A stretch of 64,000 nt of DNA from Eledone cirrhosa (lineage: Eukaryota): assembly GCA_964016885.1 (NCBI GenBank), contig OZ024750.1, positions 50,902,001-50,966,000 on the forward strand. Direction: 5' to 3'. Below the pieces are notes generated by a model. It worked only from the letters and a program-made list of their open reading frames with translations, did no database searches and had not been told where the DNA came from. The position numbers and the translations under genes are program-made. Each line of letters starts with the position of its first letter. The stretch's first letter is position 1. Below, one piece after another: positions 52,910-64,000 of this stretch.

Positions 52910-53395
52910 TATCTAACCCATTACAACCTGTCTCATGGTCGGGGCGTCGGTGACAGCCACCAAGCTTGCTTGGTGAGGAAGGTGATATTTGAACAACCCG
53001 CGGAATGAAATACAAGACCCGTCAAAGGGAGGGGAGACTCGGCAAAGTCAACAGCCATCCAAAAAGGAATTTGTTTTTACCTGGGAGTGAAAGGCCCCCA
53101 GTTGTTGTCACAATACCTTTCTAAGAGAGGGAAACTCTGAAATAAAAAAAACCTGCGGCTTCGGAATCATCCGATGATGTTGACCAATTCTTCTTTTCGG
53201 GTAGCATTGCGATGCTCAAAGAGTGGGATTGGGCGAGTGTAAGGCCTTTCCCCACTTAAAAAACCTTCAAAACACAGGCATTGCTTGTTCAGGATATGTT
53301 ACAGGTTCGTGTGGTTGGCGGTAGCCTAAAAGTGCACCATTTTCTGTAATCTGACAAGCGATTGCAATAACCTTAGCAGAGTTTGCAGCCATCAT
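52910..53395 (+). mobile_element. Non-coding RTE derivative (5' UTR-like segment joined to RTE 3' tail)
   Basis: CTAAGAGAGGGAAACTCTGA 5'-UTR-like motif; ends GCAGCCATCATG(TATG)n like the RTE at 41696. Confidence 0.55.
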
Positions 53396-53478
53396 GTATG
53401 TATGTATGTATGTTTGTATGTACGTATGTATGTACGTATATGTATTTATGCATGTATATGTATATATATGTATGCATG

Positions 53479-53528
<50 letters not shown>

Positions 53529-54144
53529 TGTGTGCGTTTGTGTGTATTCGTTTCCTTGATATCCATTATACGAAATGACTAAATTGTATAGCCATTACAA
53601 CTATATCTGTCTGAAGTGAAATCTTTTAAACCTCCTCATGTTGAACTAATTTTACGGAGATTGGTTTAAATGGGTCTCAGTTACATATCATTCCCTTTTA
53701 TTATTATAAAACTACATCTGTTATTGAAACATTTAGTATTAATCTTTTACATCCAAGGTATTTGTGTATCATCTGCTTAGATTTTACGGCATTTTTATAA
53801 CTGAAATCGTTTATAGTTATATTCATATATCTCTTTATATATTTTTATAACTCTATTATAATTTTTTTAATGTGTTTATATTTTTGTACCTATATATATT
53901 TTGTGGTAATATATTTCGAAGTAAAATGTTTATATTGAACCGAAATGTTATTGACACAGACGATTAATACTTCAATGATAAATTCGACATAGTAGAAATA
54001 GCAACATATCTCCCTCAAATTATAAAATCCCTTTTAAAAGTGGGCGGTAAACATTACATAGTGCAGTTCAGTGCTAGATAAACATTATGTACCATAGATA
54101 AGATGCAGTGTAAAGAAATTCGAGCGCCAATTGTCGCATTAAAT

Positions 54145-54275
54145 AATGGTTTATTTTATAGGCACAACGCCAGCAATTTGGGGGAAAGGGAAAGTCGATT
54201 AAATCGACCCCATTGCGTGACTGGTACTTTACTTTATCAACCCCGCAAGGATGAAAGGAAAAGTTAATCTCGAGA
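54145..54275 (-). mobile_element. MetaSINE-like SINE fragment
   Basis: Reverse complement of the CTTTCATCCTTGCGGGGTTGATAAAGTAAAGTACCAG core. Confidence 0.75.
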
Positions 54276-55899
54276 CCCAAATATGCTTAATACAACGTGG
54301 TTCCCACTTTGGCTTTTAAATGATCCATTGGTGTTATTTTCCGGTAGAATTTAACATGATATGAAATATCAAATGAGAATACCTCGTATTCTCAGCCCTC
54401 ATGTCAACGTCTCACATCATTTGACTCTGATTGTCACTGAATGTAGTACAGTCCATATTCTCTTTATAGTGTCGTTGTTAGGTTTCGTTCACTAGACGAT
54501 TTATCAAAATGTCCCGTTGTATTGTTCGGACATATTGCACCCAGAGCATTATCCATATCATCCAATGTCTATTTCCACTTTTAACACAATAGTATGACAT
54601 TTGAAAGGTATTTGGCTGCGATTTCTAGTATGTCTAGTGACTGTATTTAGTTGGATTTCGACAGCTAAGTGGCCGGCTCAAATAATACCTTTACACGGAG
54701 ACAAATAATAATAACAATTCAAATTACAGCAACAGTTTGGAAATGCGGGGTGTAGGAATTCTTCATTGCAAGATCTGATATATTGTCGGTACCTTAACTT
54801 TTATACAACTGAAGACACACTGTATGTTTACTTGGGTTCATTACAGTCTTCTTTTACAATTTACGTTTTATAAAAGTTTAAATGATATTAAATGCAAAGT
54901 AATTTCACGCTGTTCTTAGGTGAACCCGGTTCCCTTGTAGCTTGAGGAAAAGGAAAATCGTATTAATATTTCGACGATATGAAAGAAGAATAAACTTAGT
55001 TTGATAAATTTTCAGTTAAATGATTTGTATAATTCGATTCCGTTAGAAGAAAAATTTCATGACAAAAGTTGGAAAATATTCAATTTGAAGGAATTGCTTA
55101 GAGTTTAAGTCTCGAAATGTGAAATTAGCCTCCAACTACGGAATTTGCTAATTAACTATTTACATTTGCCAGCGCAGAATGGATGCCAATCGTTTTGCAT
55201 AATAATCAAGGTAGCATGTTGAAATCAATAGAATTCCATCTCGCCAGGGTAACTGATTTTCGATAAATGTTGTCACAATTAGTTACTTTGCGCTGACCAA
55301 ATATTATGATTGCAGAATACTTATTCGTAACAAATGTTTGCTTTTCTAGAAGGAAGAGGAATAATCGATATCTATCGTAAGAAATAGAATTAAAATTGCT
55401 GCTAACCGAAAATTAGGTATTTGGATTTGCTCACGCCAGATTCTTGGCTAAAAGTCCGTTTGTCCCTCCAGGCAATTCTTTAATTACAGTTCCAATAAAT
55501 GGTGTATAAATTTATTTATTTTTCTTTTTTAGTGAATGATAAAATAAAAAATGGATTGAGTATTACACAAATTGTACCTTCCCCCGACACGGCCATACTT
55601 TTACCATATACACACAAACACACACTAATACATATGCATACATAATTCATGCCCAGACATATATTCATGCATATATACGTTAATATTTGCATACATACAC
55701 ACGTACGTACATACATACACACATACATATAAACATACATACATACGTACGTACGTACGTACATACATACAAATATACATACATTCATCATTCATACATA
55801 CATACATACTTACATATATACATACATATATATACATACATTCATTCATACATACATACATATAAATTACACAAGTATCAAAGTTATGTTCAAATAATT

Positions 55900-55953
55900 T
55901 AATCGCTGACAATTGTTTCTTCCAAACTTTAGTTTGGAGTCATCGGAGCATTA
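55900..55953 (-). ncRNA. pLTR hammerhead ribozyme (U4C in this copy)
   Basis: Minus strand TGCT-CCGATGA-CTCCAAAC(taaa)GTTTGGAA-GAAA-CAATTG-TC-AGCG. Confidence 0.7.
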
Positions 55954-57128
55954 TCAATGTTTGTACATATAATTAACCCCCTATTCAACTGAAGAATCAT
56001 ATAGATACATATATATTGATGTTGTGAACAACAGTTTAGTATATATAGGGTGTAATTGATGCGACATATATTATACGAGAATTGTACAATAATTAAAATT
56101 AAAATTAAAATTAAAAGCACAGAGTGGAATACATGCGACATATAACACAAGAGAATAGTCTAATAATTAAAGAGGCATTGAGAAAGAAGTATTCAAGCAT
56201 GTAGAGATTGTACATGCGTTAGTCAGAAACAAGCAAATGTATTAGGCATATATGAGTACTCTATGGCAAGGTATTACATAAAATACAAGCACTTTAAGCG
56301 AATATGTTAGTGTATTATGGAGGATGTAAAGCGATGATATTTTCTGTATAGTTCAAATTTGTATGTGTGAAGAATATGAAAGTTACTGATTTCTCATCCA
56401 TTACATGTGTTAAGTTATATTTCCGTTAATGTTTGTATTGAATGTTTTTAGTTAGTTATAGTAATGGATCGTAACTTGGTCTTATTGTATTCATATTCAT
56501 GGATTAGAGTTGTTCCACAGCGAGATTTTTCAACGGCTTAATATCCGGAAGTGGATACGGAATTAAGGGGAGCTAATGCGTAAGGGAGGTAACTAGCTCA
56601 TTATAATAATTAAATTCCTTGCTCTAATAGACATTATATATTGTCACAATTGAATCCCTGATACAAAATGTTATATATTTATATTTAATTTTAAATACAG
56701 TCTACTCCCTCATAAAATATTAAAGGTTTCATTAGATTGTTATCTACCCATTTGGCAAGATATGGAATAATGTATAGCTGTTTACATGTTAAATTAGATA
56801 AATCCCTTATGTTAATAAATTAATCCTTTATATACAATGTTATTAATTTATACATTTAATTATAAATGGATATATAGTTCATTGTCACATATTACATTTA
56901 ATGTCTATATATATATTATATTATATTTGAATTACTGTATATATTATAAGTAATCTAAAGTATTTATATTATAAGGTGGTGACTAGATAATTATTTCTAG
57001 AGTATAATGTTAGAGATAAATAGGATTTGTGTAGAGGAAAGAGCATATCAAAGAGTGTGATGCTGTGGGGGAAGGAAAGTCTTAGAGGTGAAGTGCTAAT
57101 GGTGGTGATGAATTCAAATCTGATATTG

Positions 57129-59560
57129 TTATATACTAGGTTTTAATCTATGGAATGAGTGTCGGTAGTGGTGCTGGCACGAGGAAAACACCTCTGACTT
57201 TTTATTTAGGAGGTTTAGTCTCGAAAAGATTATAGTATGGGCCCTCTAGGAGACAGGGGTTACAAAATGTATTCGGTGGTTTATACGATGAAGCTCTACC
57301 TACTACTTCCCATTTAAGTGTGTATGTTCTATTCCTAGTTTTCAGAGAGTGTATGTAGCTAGTTACTGAAGTGGAGTTGGCTAGATTGTGTTTTTTGAAA
57401 GAGTGAAGGTGCGAGTTGTATCTCGTCTTGAAGCAGTTCGAAGTAGAGCCAATATATGTTTTAGAAGAGTTGTTTGTATTGACTGTGCAGGAGTAAATGA
57501 TATCTTTGATTAAGCAAGTATTACCTAAAGGGAAAGTTCTATTTGATCTACAGTTACATTTATTTTGGATGTTATCTTGCCGGTTATTATGTTGTGTAGA
57601 CGTCTGGTTGCTATGGATAACATTAGGACAATGATGGTTGTCGTTCCTATTGTTATTGATTTCATTAGTGTTATTACTAGTATTACTAATGATACTAGTT
57701 ATTATGTTGTTCTGTAAGTTTACCTCCTGCTGTGTTTTAATTAGTTGGAAATAATTATTAATCTTCTTTTTATTACTACTAGCTATATGGTATGCTATGT
57801 TAGGTGTGGTAGAGTAAGAGATGTTAATGGTGTTTTTATTTATAAGATTATGGTATTTGTGGCCAGATGGGAGGTTTTTTTTCTAGGATTGAGAAGAAAG
57901 CCTTAGGTAAGTTGGTAGAGACATTTAGATTGAAAGGGGTTTGAAGAATGTATTAGTTCTTCTATTTTTGTTTTTTGTAATATCTATTGAGGTATCTCTG
58001 TTTATAATATTATTGTCATGTTTACTTTGGTGCGAGTTAAGTTTGATATTACCCTTCGTATTAGAGTAAGCGTGGCTAGTACTCTTATTATTATTTTTCC
58101 TCATGGCCATATTGTGAGAAATAATGCTGTAACTATGTGATTTTATAGGTAGGAATTCAATCCCATTTTTATGGCCTGATTTAGCTAATGCCTAATTATA
58201 GAATTGGGAATTACTGTTAAATACGGTTTCGTTATGAGATAGATTAGAGATTCCATTAGATATTCCTTTAGTGATTGAGTTTAATATGGATTTAGAGTGG
58301 TTAGACTTGGTGTCCACATAAATTAGTTTTTCGTTAGGTTTATGAAAGTGTGTATATATTTTAGAGTCTAGGTAAATGATAGTATCCAGGAAGTTAACAT
58401 GTTTAGTGTTTTTGTCTAAGGTGATACTTAAGTTGAAGTTTTTGAACATTTTATGAAATAATTTCCTAGTTCTTTCTATATTAAATTTTTATAGTCTATA
58501 AGGAGAAGTGCATCATCGCGGTATAAACCACCATTGAGGTAGGGTAGGTTCTTATGAATTTCATTTAGTAGATATAGGCCCACCAAATCAGTGACCTGCG
58601 CCGAGTCACTAGATCCCATATTTATGTCAAAGTTGTTATGCGTATCCTTGTGGGTCCATAATTGACCTTCAAATGTAATTATGTTTTTTTGGGCCGCAAG
58701 TATGACATCAATTTGGGATCTCGTCAGGTTACTATTGTTCATGGCCATAATTAGTGCCTTATTTAATAGGATAGGGGAAATAGAGGTGTAGTCTGAATTC
58801 ATATCAAATTGAATAATTTTTTTAATTTTTATTCTCTTTAATATCCGTGAACCATTCACTAACTTCACCTGTATTTCCCCACTGGTTAAGATATATGTTG
58901 TGCTTAATCTGTGGGATGATTCTATCTAATATTTTCTTGCTTATAATACCAATGTCAGATTTGGAAGGGCAGATTAGTCTTATCGAAGTCTTCTTTATGA
59001 AGTCTTCTTTATGGTCCTTTATGGTCCTTCAGAGAGAATCTCGGGGGGGGGGGTATGGCTGTGTATGTCTCTGAAGTCCTAATTTATACACTGTACTATG
59101 GCCTTCTATATTTATATCTTCTAGGTTTTTAATAGTAGTTTTCCTATAGCTCCTATGTTGTTCTTTATATATAAATGTTTTATATGTATCATAAGCCAAG
59201 CTATATGTATTATTTGTTTTATCTGCATGTACTATAATTTTGTTTTTTAATCCTTTAATAGTGGAGTTAAGTTTGTTTAAGAAGGTGTTGTTTCTATTAC
59301 GATGCTTTTTGTACTTAATGTTCATAATTAGTTTTATTAGGTCATTTTCAAAAGAGTTTAATAAGGTGTTGTGAGGAGGGCTTTTAAAAGTTTTAAAGCC
59401 GTAAGAGTCGAAAATGTTTGTATCACTGTTTTTGTTAGATCTGTTTCTATCATAATGGAATGTCGTCCATCTCACTCTATTGATAAAGGAGTTGACACTA
59501 TTGATCAATAACTTTTCATATGTATCTTTAGATGGGATTGGTATTTCTTAGCAGACATAA
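57129..59560 (-). pseudogene. PLE reverse transcriptase-GIY-YIG ORF, frameshifted
   Basis: IPIPSKDTYEKLLINSVNSFINRVRW, HADKTNN, QFD, MGSSDSAQVTDLVGLYLL, GLYRDD, VNFLD, CNCRSNRTFPLGNTC, IIY...TYIGST..FKTRY, CNPCLLE, LLNKKSE..SSCQH. Confidence 0.88.
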
Positions 59561-60116
59561 GAAGTTAGTCTTTGATTAGCATACTGGTAATTTAATGAAT
59601 GTTAGCTCAACAGTATTGAGCAGTTAATAATAGTAATAGTATATATAGTTAAGTATATACTATACTTTAAACAGCAATAAACAGGAAAGGTCAATAATTT
59701 ATTACTACCTTATTACCAGTAAGAGAAATAGCAGAATGTAAGAACATCAGTTGTTTTACAGAGCAAGAATATAAATTACACAAGTATCAAAGTTATGTTC
59801 AAATCATTTAATCGCTGACAATTGTTTCTTCCAAACTCTATTTTGGAACATACATCATACATACATTCATACATACATATATACATAAAACATACATACA
59901 TAAATACATACGTACATATACATACATACATAAAACATACATACATAAATACATACGTACATATACATACATTCATTCATTCATACATACAAACATACAT
60001 ACGCATATACATACATATATATACATACATTCATACATACATATATACATACATCATACATACATTCATACATACATATATACATACATATATACATACA
60101 TACAAACATACATACG

Positions 60117-60457
60117 ATCAGCTGCCCACTTGATGTAAACGTTGTCAGAAAAATACAGGAGAAGGAGGACATCTACGGACCATTGATGAGGAGTTTACAA
60201 ATCCAGTATCCAAGATACACCTTTAGCTTCATACCCATCATTATTGGAGCTACGGGTTATATACCAACCCGCTTGGACCAAAGTATGACTGAACTTGGAT
60301 TTGCGGACAAAAAGCGCAGCTCCCTAATTCATTGTCTACAAATGGCTGCGATAGCTGGCACCTTCAAAATTTGCAAAACATTCTTGCGATTCAAGGGATG
60401 ACAATTTCTTTTCGTTTACAAAAAAAAATATACTCGAAATTAAGAGAAAGAGATAAC
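60117..60457 (+). mobile_element. R4/Dong-like LINE 3' fragment within (CATA)n
   Basis: SCPLDVNVVRKIQEKEDIYGPLMRSLQIQYPRY; 3' UTR TCGAAATTAAG.GAAAGAGA matches the 51190 copy. Confidence 0.85.
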
Positions 60458-60554
60458 ATACATACAAACATATATACATACATACATACATATATACATA
60501 CATACATATATATATTTATACATACATTCAAACATATATTTATACATACAAACA

Positions 60555-60835
60555 TACATGGTGGCTGCCAACTCGTTTTCGAGAACGGCCACTACTTTAT
60601 ATCCATGTAGGAGAACCCCTACCGATGCGCTGAACGATTGTGACTTGTTTTAGTCCAGCCAGCGACTTGAAAACTCTGGTACAAACACTACACTTGTGAC
60701 AATTATTGACACAGTGTTGGGCCCATGGTACCATGTGACAACAAGTGCAAAGAGATCTGTACCTGTGCCGTGAAGCTTTTATAGTGAGCAAAGGCACTGC
60801 ACAAAGCCAGTCCCACTCTCTTAACCAAGATGATA
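60555..60835 (-). mobile_element. RTE 3' fragment with zinc finger and (TATG)n tail
   Basis: CSVCTRVFKSLAGLK; GGCCGTTCTCG...CGAG..GGCAGCCACCATGTATG. Confidence 0.7.
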
Positions 60836-60959
60836 TACAAACATACATACATATATACATACATACATAAAAACATACATACATACATCCATACATAGAA
60901 ACATACATACATACATACATTCATACATACAAACATACATACATATATACATACATACA

Positions 60960-63900
60960 GCGTTGTTATATTATATTACATTCATAAAGAAATATACTAA
61001 GTAATGGGTTTTTTGTTGTTCTCGATTCAAACGATTCAAGAACACCGTTTAGAAAACAGTTGTAGAGTTAAAAACTAACTGAAAAGAAAGATTACCCAAG
61101 CTGTGAATAACTTTAAATTTGATTCTGACAGAACTTTGTCGAAACTTTTAAAGAAGATCATCGACTATCTTGAAAAATAAATACAAAATATTAGTGAATA
61201 GGCGAACTCATCGTGGCAAAACGTACAAGTCTCCTTCGACCAAATCGCAACTACAACCGTTGTATACAGTGGAGCTACGAGCTTAACAGAGAATTATATG
61301 AAGCATACAAACAATCTGAACCCCAAAAGTTCGGTTATATGTAAAGGCTAAAAACTTTATGGAACTCCTAACACCCAGAATTAGACTTTTCTCCAAAGCA
61401 TTTAGATGAACAGGCAAAACGTATCATTAGATATAAATTGATACATCTAACGGAATTGAGTGATACTACAAATACAGCCCTTGTAGACAACCACCCCACC
61501 TCCACTGACAGACAAAGAGAATGACCAGCAAAATCTAACTGAACAGCTCACCAACAATTTTGCTGAAATCCATCCCACTGCCACTGAAGAACAGCGAGAA
61601 TGGTCAGCTAACTCTAGTAGTAATTGTCACCACATCAACAACGAGGTTGAAATTCATAACTCTACTGTACAAACAGAACACCAAAAACTTGTGGACAACT
61701 TACAAGTGATATGGGATGATATGTTTCAAGAGATACACAGCCTTAATGTGAGTGACAGACCATACAACACCAGAATCAGTAAAGAACCCACTAAATTGGA
61801 ATTGGAAGCGGTGAACGAAATAGCTGACAATTATCTGAAGGCTATACGATCTAAAGGTGTAGGTACGACATTTGAAACGCTTAACATTTTGTTATATGTT
61901 TCAGCTGTCACATTGCTATCATATAACAAACATCTAAAACTACACAATCAAGATACAGACAAAAAGCCTGAACCAGCGTAGATGCGAAATTTAAAATGCA
62001 AAATGTTGTCCCTAAGACGAAGTATCTCACACATCGCAGTCGTTATGAAATGCAACATAGAGAGCAACTTCACAGGACACCAGGAAGAACTAAAACAAAA
62101 GTTAGAGAGACGATTTGGAGACACAATATTTAAAACTTTAAACTCCAAATTACACCAGTTGAAACAACTCACAGCTACAACAGAAAGACTAAAATATAAG
62201 TCAACAGCACATAAACGACAAGTGCTAAATAGATTGTTTGCCAGAGATCCTAAATCAGTTTATCGCAGCTTCGGTGGCAAAAGCTCAATCTCTGTAAATG
62301 GCACCCCTTCAAAAGAACATGTTGAGAGCTACTGGAGGTCTGTATGGGAAACGAATGACGGATTCAACAGACAAACTAATTGGCTAAAAGAACCGGAACA
62401 GGACTACTGCCCACATGTCCAGACAAAACAATATGACATAGATGGGTCAATACTGGAAACAGCTCTACAGAAAATGTCGAATAGGAAATCACCAGGCCCA
62501 GACCTCATTACAGGATACTGGTTGAAGAATTTCACTTTCTATCGGCAAGATCTCATACGGCTGTTTACAGAAACCATTAAAGGCACACAAGAACCGCCCA
62601 TATGGTTATCAACAGCCTCTACTCACCTCATTCACAAAATAGCCAAACCACCCTTGCTAAAAATTACCGCCTTATAGCCTGCCAAAACATCATGTATAAA
62701 TTATATACTGGGTGCCTTAACCTGTTCTTACAGGATCACTGTGCTACCAACAACATCATAACACCTTAGCAAGCTGGTGGAAAGAGGTAGGTGTGGGGTT
62801 GCATAGATCACCTACTAACTAATAAAATGATTCAAGAAAAAACAACAAAGAATCGCAGAAACATGACTGTGGTGTGGCTGGACTATCAAAAAGCATTTGA
62901 TAGTCTACCTCATGCGTGGATTGTTAAGGCTTTACGCCCCACAACCACTGGTATCTGCTGTTGAACGTCTGACCAAGAACTGGTACACAATTTGATCCTT
63001 AGAGGTGAGAAGGAACAAGTTAAGACTGATAAGATACATTACCAGATGGGCATCTTTCAGGATGATAGCTTGTCAGTGCTACTCTTTGTTCTCTCACTAA
63101 ATCCACTATCTTATCTACTGGGGAAACAAGGTGGACAAAGAAGTGGGTCCAGAAGTATCTCCCATATTTTCTTTGTTGATGACCTGAAGTTGTATGTGCC
63201 AAATATCAATGACATCAAGAAACAATTGGACCTCATTACACAATTTTCAATAGACATCAAAATGAAATTTGGAGAGATGAACGGTCTGACAATACAACCT
63301 CTACAGTCAAGTGACAACTATTGATATCTTGGGCAGGATGAGAATGTCAGATATGATGGACCCATAAATAAGGAGAGAAACAGAACTGAATACCTCAGAA
63401 AAGTAAAGAAAATATGGTCATCAGAACTGACAGCGTACAACAAATACATTGCCCACAATACTTATGCTGTGCCAATTCTAACGCCAACATTTGGCCTGCT
63501 GATCTGGTCATTGCAAGAACTAAGTGAGATGGATGTTAGAACTCGCAAACTTCTCAGTGTTACTGGGAACTTTAACATCAATGGTGACGTGGATAGGCTA
63601 TACTTCTCACGCAAGGAAGGTGGCCGGGGTCTAAAAGCCATATTAACATCATATGAGACCCGGATAGTAACACTGAAGCAACATCTTCAACAGAGGAAAA
63701 AATTTGGCAACCATCTTGCCCAGGTTTATGAGCATGAAAAAAAAAATCATTAGAATAGCGACTGATCTGGAGGAGAGATATGGAATAAGGCCTGATATAA
63801 ATCTTTCACCCAGAGAAATCGGAAGATCATATTCAATGTTCAAACAAGATAAAAAAAATTGACCAATTTACAGAAAAAGTTGTGCAGGGATACTTGAGAC

Positions 63901-64000
63901 GTAAAACACAGACCATGGAGGGGATAAACCACTCAAAAAGCCTGGCATGGAGTTCCGACAAGTTTATGACATCACACCTTGAGGGATATCTATATGCAAT
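60960..64000 (+). mobile_element. R4/Dong-like LINE, 5' part with degenerate RT ORF, running off the window
   Basis: QWSYELNRELYEAY, KSPGPDLITGYWLK, VVWLDYQKAFDSLPH, GIFQDDSLS, FFVDDLKLY, RLYFSRKEGGRGL; stops and frameshifts. Confidence 0.9.

Larger units (their letters stand above)
55860..59847 (-). mobile_element. Near-full-length Penelope-like element, Naiad-type, with ~80-bp direct pLTR repeats
   Basis: Direct repeats at 55860-55938 and 59769-59847; RT plus GIY-YIG pseudo-ORF; 3' HHR. Confidence 0.85.

Noticed and set aside
55000-55303. Possible mariner transposase relic with TIR-like TTACTTTGCGCTGACCAAATA
   Set aside because: Too decayed to recover DD34D or YSPDLAP motifs with confidence; the same applies to 17700-18020.

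Overview
This is AT-rich eukaryotic intronic or intergenic DNA, most likely from an octopus or other coleoid cephalopod (inferred from the SINE families and the density of (TA)n/(CA)n/(CATA)n microsatellites). I cannot support any intact host gene, rRNA, tRNA gene or CRISPR array, and most of the ORF track is microsatellite noise. The protein-coding signal is decayed transposons: two hAT transposases (7.4-9.9 kb), three CRE-like 3' ends, an RTE LINE with C-terminal C2H2 fingers, four R4/Dong-like LINE pieces, a GIY-YIG Penelope relic, and a near-full-length Naiad-type Penelope-like element (55.9-59.8 kb). There are also many tRNA-derived SINEs, MITEs and 11-bp and 48-bp minisatellites. The signal the ORF track misses is about 20 type-I hammerhead ribozyme (HHR) motifs (YTGANRA...GAAA-palindrome-TH) from many unrelated families. 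They lie in short non-coding elements embedded in (TA)n, either as terminally redundant 0.4-0.7 kb monomers or as fold-back palindromes. Several families share a GTTGAGTRCT motif. Together this looks like a Penelope-dependent retrozyme-like ecosystem. A second pattern is strand-specific nesting of R4/Dong, RTE and Naiad elements in (CATA)n arrays. All folds and alignments were done by eye, so element boundaries are approximate.
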